In this document: positions 1-12,330 of the stretch, one piece after another
Numbering within the stretch: position 1 is the stretch's first letter
Layout of the letters: each line of letters starts with the position of its first letter
From: Macrostomum lignano
Taxonomy: Eukaryota
NCBI GenBank assembly: GCA_002269645.1
Contig: NIVC01000010.1
Coordinates: 1,736,001-1,800,000, forward strand
Direction of reading: 5' to 3'
DNA length: 64,000 nucleotides
Notes under the pieces: model-generated
What the model saw: only the letters and a program-made list of their open reading frames with translations
The model's database searches: none
What the model was told of the DNA's origin: nothing
Translations under genes and position numbers: made by a program

Positions 1-94
1 GTTAAATAAAATTTACACGCTTGCAAATTCTAAAGCAGATGACAAATAACCAGTACTCATAAAATTGTATGCAGTTCTCGAATGCTTCTTGCAG

Positions 95-3000
95 AAAACT
101 GCTGCAATGCACACACCGGAAGGCTTACTGTGCAGTTTACAAATAGAATTGGTCAAGGTGAAGAATTGTGCTTCTGCGGCAACAGCACAGTAAATGAAAC
201 CATTGAAGCCTACGTCTGGATCACGGTACACTTTTATATGATCGAGACATATCAGGGCAGAGGGACTCGTGTGAATTTCCAGCGACTGAGATGTGAGTTC
301 CTTCTAATTTTTTTACATAGTTTTAAATAGAAGCTGTACAACTCTATTTGGATCAGAAATCCATATTGGATAAATAGATTTCTAGAGACTACGGTCCTAC
401 GTTCGCATACAGTAATTTTGCCGGACGTTGGATTTGGGTACCAAATTCTTTGTTGAGAAAAGACGTTCTTAGTTTTTTCGAATAACTTGCAATATTTCAC
501 CTTAGCTTCAGAATCGAAAGTCGAGCAAGTTACGAGCTACTTAGCTTGGATATATTTGTGAATGAACTTGGACAAAAACATACTTTGTTAAAAAATTGCT
601 TCATTTTTAACCCGTACCTTACGCTCAGAGATACTGTCAACGTATTGCAAAAGAACCCAATTGCAAAATTACCAATCTCGCCATAACATTTATTATTGCA
701 ATCGGAATTTTTTGCAACAAAACTTTTTAGTACAAAAGAATTCTAACTGCTCGCAGCCTCAACTATTAGATAGATACCACATCAAGCTTTCGGATACACT
801 GACTAGAACTGGCATCGGTTCGTGCATCTGGTCGTTCCGACCAATAGACAATGATCATTTGATAATACTTACCATCAACCGCCTCATTATGGAATCATTA
901 AGCCGGTATAAAAATTCGTGAGTATTTAATATATCACTTATACGCTCGCATTTACATGTACACTTGTACAAGCTTGTAATTATATGTTTTATTAGAACCA
1001 TGGGCAACTCCAAAATACGCTCGTAGGACACTACAAAATAGACGTATTTCACCAGAATTGCACCATAATTGCTGGTGTTCGGTAGCATTTCAGCTTGATA
1101 AATTTGTGAGTTTAAATAACGAAACAAAAAATTCTGAGTACAATTTGGAGAAAAAAATTCTAGCTTCATTTGGAACTTCGAGGTCCTTATAATTTCAGAA
1201 AGCTTCTCATTTTGCTAATGCGTTTGCTGCGAAAACCGGTCACTAGGGAGATTTGGACGATTTGTGAAATTAGTCACTTATTTTAGATCAACGAACTGTA
1301 TGCTTATATTAATAAGTATTAAATGGTGGCTGAATACTGGAAAAACATTTTAGCCAAAGTACCAGGTACTGTACAGTTCTGTGACTTGTACAGTAAATTG
1401 TAAACAGGTAATACACTGCCTACTATATTAGCAAGTACAGATGTACATAATTTATCGCAACCAGTGCAACCGCAGTAATAAAAAAATCAATAACAATATA
1501 GCAAATTCTACCCCATTTTTCCATGACCTGCTGTCTTTTGTCATACAGATAAAAAAGAGAGGTTAAATTGCGTCTGAAAGAAACGTCTGAGCCTCAATTG
1601 CTGCACTTTCTGTGAACTTTTGTGGCTACTATTTGCTGCAAGTTGTAAAGTTGTTTGCTTCAATAAGTTAGCTCGTACTAAGCAATTAAAATCCACTTTG
1701 TGTATTCCGCTGCACAATCGAAAAATTTTAGGAGACTCGTCTGTCCATGCGAAATGAAGGTGCAAGGTAGACAGTTAAACCCATCGATAATGGATCAACG
1801 GACTGCAAACCCTTACAGGAATGAATCACCGAGGGTGAGCAGGTCTTACATGAGGACCAAAGTTTGTTGCAACATTCCTAACAAACGTCAATTCATGTTT
1901 TCTGGGCTCGTCGAAATCAATATTACTTTTGATGAAAACAAGGTTCTCAGCTACGATTTGGACATTCAGAATGTTCCACATGCTGGCCCTGGATCGGAAA
2001 AATGTAATAGCAGCTTTCAAACTGTTTGATTTATTTTATTTTGCTAGATATTGCAGCCTAAGAGCAAAAAACGTCTTTGATGTTCATGACCGAATATTGG
2101 ATAATTTTTTCTATTCATCTGAGTCAATCCACGAGCAACTAATCTTAGCTAGTCCAATGCTCCTATTAAAAGTCAAATCAAGGTTTCATAGACAAAATTC
2201 ATATGCCCTCGTATGACATCTATGTACTCGTAAATTTACATTGTACCATGACCTTTGTGCCCGCTGGGCACTTATTCTTGCCTTTTAATCCCATAGACTA
2301 CATTTAAGCCCGCATGCAGGAATCAAACTTACTTTAATGCAAATTAGCAGGCAGCAATATTTATTTACACATTTCTTATAAGGTGGTTACACAAGAATGC
2401 GGTGAGGTGTCCCATATAGAGAATATAGGATCTACACTTCAGTCCCGCATTCGATTAATCCATGTATGGTCTTATTTAGTGCTTTTAGCTTCCAGTGCAC
2501 GGGGGTTGATACGCTCGTATTCTCTAGGTGTTTAAATGTCCTTGTAAATCGTCCAAATAGGTGTAAATGATTATTCTCTGTACTCATACTCGTAGGTAGA
2601 TTTTTCTACACACGGGCATATATTTATATACCCTTGTCAAAACCTCAAGTCAAACCCTTGAGTTGACTCCTATTATATGCTATGATCTGGACTGATATTG
2701 AGTGCTCAAAGGACGAGATAAAGTTAGCCTGAGAAAGTTTTTTTCTTCCTGAAAAGATTGAGACATTTATTCTCATTTATAGCACATTCGTATTTTTTTA
2801 CATTTTAGTGTGCCCTCCTTTTAAAAGAGTTAAGTCGAACTCCGATCACTATGCTCATGTTGGAACTAGAAATGATCGCACTGTTTCAAGTGAAAAAATC
2901 GAGTTGTCGTCCAAAGTCGATTGCATCTCTGTGCTCCGCAGTTTCTTGCTCAGTGAAGAACTACAGGCTGTAAGTTGATTTGTTGTTTAAGCTTTTAGAA

Positions 3001-5530
3001 AGATAACACACACATTCTCTGCGACGTGACAACGGTGAATAGAAATTAGGCAAAGTTCGCTGTACCCAATAATTATCAACTTTGCCGACATATGTTACTT
3101 TGGTATGCATAACTAAACTAAGAATACTATTCATTACACAGCAGGAGGGAGGGTTCACTGAGCAACTAATTTAAAATTTGAGTTTTCCTATCTTCACTCT
3201 TTTACTTCTTTAATTAATTTGATGATATGAATGAACCTAAAGTCTACGAGTCTCGTACCTGCACTTTCTTCAGCATCCTCGCACTGGCCAGTAAAAGAGT
3301 TACAAAATTCTGAAGTCAGCTCGTATAGCTTCTCTAATCACATCGTTCTCAAGTTGATTGACTCGATTCAATATACTTTAACTCTCCAAATTTTAGCCTT
3401 ACATATTCCAACGCATCAGAAAATGGAGGATATCAATAAGTTGCAACAATCAAAGTGGAGTCCTCTATGGAGTAAACAGAGACGACAACATAAACACCAT
3501 AGCTTGCAACAGCTCAGCAATTGTTCGGTTGTACAGACCAGATTTCTCAATTGAGACGGTTGGTACAGGTGGATTTACTGCCTATTTCGATCGAATCACT
3601 CAGATCCGCGGTGAGTCCATTTTTTAAGTTGATCAAGTTCTTCTCAGCTTAAATTGAAGTTCGGATTTTTATTCTAGATGGCGCAACCGACTGCAAAAGA
3701 TTTGAAATCAGCCAAACTGCTCAAATGAGTGCCAGCCTGCCACTCCTGTACATGCAGACATTAGACCGCCACAGTAAGTACATGTGTATGTGTAACAATC
3801 AGGGGCGCCGCCACCGGGGGGTACAGGGGGGATATGTCCCCCCAGTAAATGCTATGGGGGACATGCTAATGCCTTGTCCTCCCCACCCCACCTTTGTTGA
3901 CCTGTTATGGAAATCAATATTTTGCTTCAGGGCGACAAAGCATAGTGCCTGCGGCGCTAAAATGAGTGTCTGCGGCGCTAAAATGAGTGTCTGCGGCGCT
4001 AAAATGAGTGTCTGCGGCGCTAAAATGAGTGTCTGCGGCGCTAAAATGAGTGTCTGCGGCGCTAAAATGATCGCTAACAACACCGATTCTAAAAAAAATG
4101 TACATGTAGGAATTTAGTCATATACATGTACATGTGGAATTCTTGGCTTTGTCCCCCCACCATAAAATCCATGGCGACGCCCCTAGCAACAATGCAAAAT
4201 TGAGTCTCATTTACTCAAAAAACACAAAATTTTCAAATTTGATTTGGCTAATTTTAAACGTTCATCTTGCTTCTAGACTCATCAACAAAGCAGCATTTCT
4301 ACTGCTCTTACTCACTCAGGCCGCCGAACGGCAGTGACCTCATCGTTGAACTGCGAATGCCTTTCAGTAACGACCAGCTGGACCAATTCTGTCTAGAGAT
4401 TAGCGCCCAAAGCATTCGACCGAAACTGATATTTATCATTACTAAACTGGATGGAAGCAAAACTTTGTTAAGCTTATGCAACAATAACATTCCTGGTGGC
4501 TTGTCAATGCAGAGCAATTTAAAAGTCTGGCAGGGTGAAAAACTAGAGATTGATATCACAGTGGCTAAAATCTTTACAAATTGGAATAGGTCAGAGGATT
4601 CAGAGCGCCTCCTTCGATATAACTTCGATGTTGATGCTAATTTCATTGTGAGTCCAGGTGAGTTCTTGTTGGAGTAAATTAAAACACCAATCATATCGTA
4701 ATATGCGTATAACTTAACTCCGGTTGGATAACCTTTAGTGCAGGTCTGCACAAGACTAACCAGCTCAAGTGAGCAGTGGCAGCTGAGCGCAGACGGTACA
4801 CAGCTGCTCAACACTATGACAGTCCCTCCTGACAACACTCAGACTGACTGCAAACTTCAACTGGATGCCTTCACCGCTGCTCGAATCGTAAACAACACCA
4901 AACCCGCCAGTTCTGTGCGTGAAATCTCGATTTTATCGAAGGCAGATTGCTGGAAGCTGGAAGTGAAGCTGGACAAGTTCAGTACGGTTTGCGGACTCAA
5001 GCAGCTCGTGCTGACTGCGTCTCACTGGGACTCTCTGGCAGCGTCGGTCGAGCACATGCAGCGAGAGGTCTGCGGCTCGAACTCGCAGTTCGAATTCCGC
5101 GTTGAGGCCAGCCTGCAAGCGGAAGGCAGCGGAATGAGTCTCGCGTACAGCGGAGTGAGGTCCGGCTTCAGGGCTCGGCTCTCCATCTCAAGCTGCGTTC
5201 AGAGCTCTGCTCAGAGTGAGCAGCTGGTTGAGTCTCCAGGTTAGTAAAAATTTCTTCATAATTCTGAAAAAAAATTATCTGGCTTCACCAAAAACAGAAA
5301 TCTCTTTTATTACAGCCTCCGTGCAATCAGCTTCCTCGTTCTTTATCTTCCTTGTGGTTTTGCTGTCTCTGGCAAATGTTTTTGTGTTGATTTTCATGTT
5401 TCGGAAAAACATTTGGCGACAAGTGACGCACTGGATCGGTGCAGCACAGCAAAGACAAGCTGCCCAGTCTGTCTTGAACACATCTGAGGCAGATCATTTG
5501 AACCTTCTTTCTGATGTACAAGATACTTAA
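95..5530 (+). CDS. Multi-exon type I membrane protein with about 5 divergent CUB-like domains; 5' end lies outside the window
   Basis: Phase-consistent GT-AG exon chain: 95-292, 731-917, 1732-2003, 2891-2969, 3420-3610, 3678-3773, 4277-4657, 4739-5239, 5316-5530. CUB-like motifs: LCFCGNS...GRGTRVNF, GSCIWSFRP...LIILTINRLIME, GTGGFTAYF, FYCSYSLRPPNG, VCGSNS...SGFRARL. The last exon has a TM helix (FFIFLVVLLSLANVFVLIFMF) followed by RK and a short tail. Confidence 0.7.
3800..4185. mobile_element. Non-autonomous hAT-like DNA transposon (MITE) in an intron
   Basis: Termini CAGGGGCGCCGCCA and TGGCGACGCCCCTA are imperfect inverted repeats. Flanking 8-mers GTAACAAT (3792-3799) and GCAACAAT (4186-4193) match 7/8, consistent with an 8-bp TSD. 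No transposase ORF. Confidence 0.75.
3949..4070. repeat. 21-bp tandem repeat, about 6 copies, inside the MITE
   Basis: Unit CTGCGGCGCTAAAATGAGTGT read directly from the sequence. Confidence 0.95.
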
Positions 5531-7493
5531 TTTCGCTGAATTTCGATAAACTTCAACGAACCCCTGTCAGAATCTTTGATCGGCTGTTTGTCCTGCGTAC
5601 TTACGCTTGTGGAGTAATATTATTTAATTGATGGTATCAACCAATTGGCTTTTTCAATTGATCTTCAATCTATGCTCCAGTACGAGCTACCAGCTTAATG
5701 ATTGTGCAGAGACTCGTACCAGTATCTCACGAAACTGCTTCTCTGAATTTGAACTGCGTTGTTTTAAAGCCCTTTATCGGCGTTGGACGATCACCGATTT
5801 CACTATTGAAACTAATTAATTACATGTAACTATAGTTGCAACTCAATTTAGTTTATTATACATTATTCTGCTTTTCTAGCGCTTTATAATTTTTTATATA
5901 ATGTCATTTTCGCAGTATCGAGATTTCCCAAAGTTATTGTAATATTTTATATTACAATAAAATAATAATCTGTATCTGTGTACGAACCGAAATTTACTAC
6001 CATGAAGTTTTCGCAGGAACCAGTATACCAGTGAAGAATTGTATGGCGAAATGTTTTTGTTGCAATTTATAATAGTGAGGCACATTACGTACATTTTTAG
6101 TTGCAGATGACTGAAAATATTGGTTTTTGATTATTCAATTCATTTTCTTCTCATTCTTGCTTATTTAGTGTTCTACTGTAGGGCCCCTACAGGTAGTCCC
6201 TACAGCTAAGGGATTTGGATAAGAAACGTTCCAAAGAATTGGATTAGAAGTTTGGCCATAGACATTGAGAAAAGTGAGAAAATGGTCATTCGCGTTCTTC
6301 CAACTTGGCCATGTACATCAAAAACGGCAGCGGTCATTAATGGGTGCTTTCCACAAAAAATAGTCTTTCGCATCCTCGGGCTAAAAATAAATGGCGGGAA
6401 ACTACTATCGTGTCCCAATAACCCTAAATCCTAGATCATAAATGTCTTCGCGCCCTAGGCCAAAAGACATTAATGACCTCTGAAACCATGCTAGTATTAC
6501 AATTGGTGAGATATTTTCTCCTTTACACTGACAAATAACCCCTCCTTTCTTCTCTGCTCTTCCGCAATTCGCTCCTTCGACTTCTGCACAAACCGCCTCT
6601 TTCGCCTAGCCAATAAGCATTCGAATCACAATTTTATGTATTAAAAAAGTTTATAAATCATCCAGATTTTGCTAAATTCCATTGTGATTAAAACCATACA
6701 CAGTACTGAGTACTAACACTGGTTTTTAAAATGTCTAAAAAAATGTTTATAGCATCATCACGAAGTAAAATTTGTTTTATATTCTGCTGCTCTTCAAAAA
6801 CACATTGTTTTTCTTTCCAGGTTGCCCATTATTAATCCTTTAAAAAGGCGGTTATTCTTAATCTCGTACAGACAGGCAAAGTCGTAAAAATAGGATTCCC
6901 TTAAATAGCTTCTGACGAAAGGCATACAGAAAGATGAAAAAATTGCAGAGAGCCAGCATAACAATGATAGTATAGCCAGTGGCGCGGAGACTGTTTAAAG
7001 GAAGTATTTTAAAGGATACGCGATCGCGCCAGATAGACTGAAACGATTTCTTCTATAGCACTGGAAATTAATCAGACTGGCTAATAAACTGCTTAACTCA
7101 CTTTCGCCGCTGACATTGTGCAGTGAAGTCCAGCTGCCTGAAGTCCAGAGCTCTGACCGCAGCTTGAGATGGAGAGCCGAGCCCTAAAGCCGGACCTCAC
7201 TTCGCTGTACGCGAGACCCATTCCGCTGCCTTCCGCTTGCTGGCTGGCCTCAACGCGGAATTCGAACTGCGAGTTCGAGCCGCAGACCTCTCGCTGACCG
7301 TGCTCGACCGACGCTGCCAGAGAATCCCAGTGAGACGCAGTCAGCACGAGCTGCTTGAGTCCGCAAACCGTACTGAACTTGTCCAGCTTCACTTCCAGCT
7401 TCCAGCAATCTGCCTTCGATAAAATCGAGATTTCACGCACAGAACTGGCGGGTTTGGTGTTGTTTTTGACTAGAGCAGCGGTGAAGGCATCCA
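4862..7493. repeat. Inverted duplicated segment: 4862-5209 (+) versus 7146-7493 (-), about 350 bp
   Basis: Both copies encode DAFTAA...SVREISILSKADCWKLEVKLDKFSTVCGLKQLVLTASHWDSLAASVEH...SGFRARLSISSC. About a dozen nucleotide differences by eye. Confidence 0.92.
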
Positions 7494-7498
7494 TGCAG
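6858..7498 (-). CDS. 3' end of a convergent paralog (CUB-like exon + TM exon); upstream exons not found
   Basis: Exon 7498-7102 has acceptor cccctcctag and donor AAA|gtgagt. A 64-bp intron (7101-7038, ending tttcag) leads to a last exon 7037-6858 encoding SIWRDRV...GYTIIVMLALCNFFIFLYAFRQKLF...*. Its TM segment aligns with that of the + strand gene (L.L.N.F....FR). Confidence 0.55.
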
Positions 7499-8489
7499 CT
7501 AGGAGGGGTTGTTCGGCTCCTCCCGTGGGGGTGGGTTTGCGGCGTTGGGGTGGGTGGTTGTGTTCTGTGCCTTTTTAGGCCTCGCCTTGAGATGAAATCG
7601 CTTGTTCTCGCAGTGTTGAATTTTTAGGTGGATAGGTGAATAAAATTAGGTGGATATTATACTGGCTACAAGCAGGATCGAGAGAAAAATGCCCAGGCAA
7701 TAAAAATCCGCACTAAACGGTCGCATCATGTGGCAGTTGAATTTCTAATGCTCGTATTTCTAGCCACAAGTTTGAGGTTAGTTCCCAATTAAATTGCACT
7801 ATGCATGATGTTTATATTGTATAATAAAACTCCTATAAAGCATCAGTGGCTGGTGTCTCATCAAAGAAACTATTTCTGCCTGGAACTTTCTACATATATA
7901 CTTCCTTAGCATTTGAACTACATATAAATGTCTTGTTTTGTTTAAAAAATAGATCTAATCAACAACAAGTTTTTTAAGGCTAATTACGATACAATACACT
8001 GTATTTGCAATCTGGCAGGCTAAAGTTTCAGATTTCATCACTAATTTCAAACCTCTGCAGCTTCTAAAAGAATTCGCTAAAACTTTATGTTATAGGATAA
8101 CAAGGTTTTTAATGCAATAAAAATTAGAAGATAACCAAAATATCCGGTTGCGATGTCGTGCTAAAATGTCTGGTACAAAAGCACCAATTTGCTGGCTGAC
8201 TGATAAATGCTGCCTGTCAATCTTCAGCGCTTCATCTTGCACAGTGTGGATGGAGAATGCATGTAGCTAACAGGCATTGGTCAGAGATGAATTTTTGCTG
8301 AAAGTTGGTATTCGAAAAAGAATTAAATTTTTGCACGAGGGTTGTGGGCACCCTGGAGCAGTGTCTCTTCGATTCAGTGACATCTTCCCGAGAGGCAAAG
8401 CTGCCCACCCACTGATTCCTGAGCACACATACTCAGCAACAGTCAAAAGTTTCACCCTCCAAGCGAGATGAAATTTTCTCACTTCATGA

Positions 8490-8870
8490 GTGACGCAGCT
8501 TACTGCACGCGCGAAGCTTATTGCCACTTGGGTGTTGTCCAGGATGACAACGCGCTGCCACACCAAGCCGATGCTGTTAGTCAACTGAAAGAACAGCTAC
8601 AGCTACAGCACTCTGCACTGGCCTTCCCGGTCTCCAGACATGAATCCCATCGAGCATGTTTGGAACTTCCTGAAACGCAGCATTCAAAAAATGAATCCAC
8701 CACAGAATGTTGCGGAGCTGCGTCATGCCATTGAAATCGCTTGGCAGCAGTTTCCCCAGGACTTTCTGCGGCCGCCTCATCCTGGGGATGCCCCGCAGAG
8801 CCGCCGCACCTCTGCGTGCGAGGGGATCCCACACGCGTTGTTAAGCATCGCGATATTCTAACTGAATATA
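8490..8870 (+). mobile_element. Degenerate Tc1/mariner transposase fragment (C-terminal DDE region, frameshifted)
   Basis: QDDNALPH in one frame, then LHWPSRSPDMNPIEHVWNFLKR...ELRHAIEIAWQQFPQDFL in another. These match the Tc1 signature QDN..PH / WP..SPDLNPIE. No TIRs identified. Confidence 0.85.
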
Positions 8871-9950
8871 GCATAAAAATGAAACTGTTGATTTTGTGCG
8901 ACTGACGTTTATTTTTGATTCAATCAATTTTCACAACCTTGCGGCGGTCTACGAGTAGTTGCGTAACTTGAGGGTTCAATTGTGAGTGAGAAATTGTCTT
9001 GGCGTGACCCGAAGTTCTGCTGTTTTTCGTGACAGCTAGATTGTAGATTTTAAGTAGTTCCGATCATTTAAAATGGATGTTTTCTTGTCTCGGCTTGACT
9101 TTTATGGCTTCTCAATAAGCATATAGTTGCAGTCAGCTGGTTAGAAAAGCCGCTAAGATAAATGTAGCAACAGTGAACAGTTGAAATAAGTTCCTGCCTC
9201 ATCAAAAACCGAACGATATCTTAAAGACTGAATGCAACATGACCAGAACTCTTTACTTAGAGAACTTTTCTCAGATTTATGTAGATGTACATGCATCTTT
9301 TGAGAAGTTTTCAGCATTCTTATAATACATTAACTCTATGAAACATAGTACGATAGGCCTGATCTTCAGTAAATCAGCCAGATTTTAATAAGTATTACGT
9401 ATTTAACTTTTTTTGGAGTATAGAAGCACATATTCAGTTGTATCATTAGAACGATAACTATTGTAGCTTGAAGCTACGTTTTTACGTGTATTTCTGTGCA
9501 TTACCTTGAAACGTTTCTCATACGCAATGGCAAAACATACACATGCACACGCATGTTTTGAAGCTTTGTATGACTGTTATAAAATGGTGGACGACGCTTT
9601 TTTAAAAACAGTACTCACTGCTCTATGCACTTCATCGAATAAGACAGCGTACTGCGACACTGCTTAAAATATACTTAAATGAAGTGTGGGCAGCGAACAG
9701 AGCTAGTGATAGGGCTCTTACTAACCCCAGAGCTCTAAAAGTTTACAGCCAATGCAATTTCTAGCAAACAAATGAAAATGAAGAGGAAAACAAAAGAAAA
9801 GTCATAGAAGAAACCATACGAGTTAAAGCAGCCATATTACAACTATAATAAGTGATAGTTAGGCAAAATATTTTGGGAAAATTAAGTGACTCCGTACATA
9901 ATCTTTTGCACTTGTAGTAACGAAGGTTATTAGAGAAAAAAATTCTGATC

Positions 9951-11624
9951 TTAGCGGTGGTTCTTCGACCAGCGTACAGGAGCATCGTCGCTTTCCTCTG
10001 ACAGATCTCTCTGGTGGCTGTGGCTCTCTTTTTGTCTTCCATGTCGTGCTCTACGAGTGGCAGCAATGCAATCAGCGCATTCAAACGTCTGTGCGTGCAA
10101 TGACAAGGTCACATAGGGACATTGGAAAAGCATTTCCTCACGGCTCTGCGTTGGCTGCAGTCTGCTGCCTTCGCGGCACCAATGGCGTGGGCGAGAGGCT
10201 GCCGTCCTCCGATCTGAAATAGTCGTTACCTGACCCCTCTTTTGCGACTTTTGATATGCCGGTCTGTCTGAGTTATTCTGTAGACGATGCAGAATACTCG
10301 GTTGGACCAAACGAATCTCATCGTCTTCCTCACGGCACGTCTCATCGTCAGGCTCATCTTGATAAAATTTACCAATTTCATAGGGCATTTTGCTCCTGTC
10401 TTGCCTTTCGTATCGCCTAATTCTTTCGGGCCACCCTAAGTCACTCGATGCATTATTTCCAGAATAAATTTTATCCATTCGACGCTCTGGATGACGCAAG
10501 GTTTGCTCCAACTGCGGCTGTTCTTTTGCAGGAAATTCCAGAGTTCTTTTAGGTTTCTGTTTTGGTAGCTCTTGCCTCTGAGGCTGATGACTTTGTGGCT
10601 GCAGGACCGCAGACTGTTGAGGCTTCTGGCCTGACTGTCGAGTATTTACTGGTTTTCGTCGATCGTCAACGTAGATTTCGTTTTGGTTGGATAAATTTTG
10701 CTCGTAGTCCCAGTTGGTGAAGTCGTTCCGTCGTTCATCCCTGTTGCTACGGCGAGACTGAGACTGCCGTTGCTGCTGCTGAGACTGTGGCAAATAATGC
10801 AGAGATGGTGAAAGCGGCATTGACGTCCGAGGAGACATTTCAGATTGCACTGGCAAATTGTAGTCAGCGTTGCATTTTGGCTCTTTTTGCAGTCTCTGCA
10901 GCTGACGATGCTGCTTCCGGTTTGATGTGTTCTTGTTTTGTCTAGCGATTCTAGCAAACTTTTTGGCGTAATATTTTGGATCAAAATTAGTTTGGTCATC
11001 GCTCATTTCCACTGAAGAATTATCCGACGCGGTGAGAGGAGAGAGAGCCACCTGGTAGGCAACTTTTGAGCTCTGCTGCTTTCCTCCGCTTCTTTCACAT
11101 GGGTCTTTTGACATTAACTGCCGCATGTGAGGGCTGCACAGCTGCATGAAGCGGCCTTTCATCGATCCTCTTTGCTGGGGCTGAGCTGGCTTGCTTTGCT
11201 TATTTTGTAACAGCAAAGAATTTGAAGGCAGTTTGCCTGTCCTGCCGCTTAGCAGGCTGCGATACTGCTCTTGGAAGAAATCTTCGGAACCGCTAGAAAC
11301 ATTGCTGGCGTTGTCCTTGCCGATTGGACTACGCGGATTTCTGGGTCCGATGCTGCCCAGATTTATAAGTTCACCGCTTTCTTGACTGCTAAAGTCGCGG
11401 TCTCTACTGGCGCTTCTTTCAGAATAGGACAACGCCTCCTGTATTTCGTTTAGTCGACTCGGGTTCTGATCGTAATTGTTGCTAAAAGATTGCCCAGAAA
11501 GACGCGGGCGTCGCGTTTGGCACGATCGGCTGTCCAATTGGCTGCAGCCCTGCTGGCTGCCGTTTTGGCGTCGTCTTCTTCGGCCTCCAGCGGCGCGACA
11601 CGAAGGTAGCACTTTTGTTGGCAT
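9951..11624 (-). CDS. Uncharacterised 557-aa S/Q/R-rich, probably disordered protein, single ORF
   Basis: 1674-bp ATG-initiated, non-repetitive ORF flanked by AT-rich DNA. No recognisable domain; a Cys/His cluster lies near the C-terminus (HWC...CPY...H...CADC). Confidence 0.6.
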   Translation of the reverse strand: MPTKVLPSCRAAGGRRRRRQNGSQQGCSQLDSRSCQTRRPRLSGQSFSNNYDQNPSRLNEIQEALSYSERSASRDRDFSSQESGELINLGSIGPRNPRSPIGKDNASNVSSGSEDFFQEQYRSLLSGRTGKLPSNSLLLQNKQSKPAQPQQRGSMKGRFMQLCSPHMRQLMSKDPCERSGGKQQSSKVAYQVALSPLTASDNSSVEMSDDQTNFDPKYYAKKFARIARQNKNTSNRKQHRQLQRLQKEPKCNADYNLPVQSEMSPRTSMPLSPSLHYLPQSQQQQRQSQSRRSNRDERRNDFTNWDYEQNLSNQNEIYVDDRRKPVNTRQSGQKPQQSAVLQPQSHQPQRQELPKQKPKRTLEFPAKEQPQLEQTLRHPERRMDKIYSGNNASSDLGWPERIRRYERQDRSKMPYEIGKFYQDEPDDETCREEDDEIRLVQPSILHRLQNNSDRPAYQKSQKRGQVTTISDRRTAASRPRHWCREGSRLQPTQSREEMLFQCPYVTLSLHAQTFECADCIAATRRARHGRQKESHSHQRDLSEESDDAPVRWSKNHR

Positions 11625-12330
11625 TGTTCACATTGAATTTCAAAGTTCGTGCTTAAGACGAAATCTATAGTTTACTATGAGTTCTTCATCGGTGAGGCTT
11701 TTAAATTCTTCACCATAGACTACTGATGGTTGTCTTCTAAAATCTTATTATCATGAAAGTACGAATCTAAGGCTTCAAAAAAGGATGTCAACTTCGTCCG
11801 TAATTGGAATCGGAATATTAGAGCGACTGTTTCGCTATCGAACTCAACTAGTGAACCGATGGGTGTCCTCGTAAAATAGGGAGTCCCTCCAAAAAGTCAT
11901 GGCTTCAATTAATTTGCTGATACCTCCGCGAAAAGGCATGATTTATGTTTTTTGCATAAAAACGATTACATCTTGTAGTTCTTGGGTGCAGTAAAATTAT
12001 TTTTTTCTGAATTGAAAACATCAAAACTATAGGGTAATTTTGGGGCTTAGTAAGAGTGCTTTATACATATTACAGAGTTGATTATAATACGGAGAATAGG
12101 TTAGTCGATAGTCGATAGTAAGATGTGAAGGTAAATAAAATTTATCAGTGTTTGAACTAAAGAGCGGTAATTTAATTTTTTTGCTGGCAATATTAATCAT
12201 AGTCGCTTTATGTCTGCCAATCGATTTCATCAATTATTAAAGATGGAGCATGGCAAAAACAACTATTTCAGCCGCTGTTGAGACAGTTCCTGAAATTTTG
12301 CGGAATTTTTTAAAAAAAGAAAGTATGTTT

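Noticed and set aside
2250-2630. Possible MITE bounded by TGCCCG / CGGGCA
   Set aside because: The inverted match is too short and there is no TSD.
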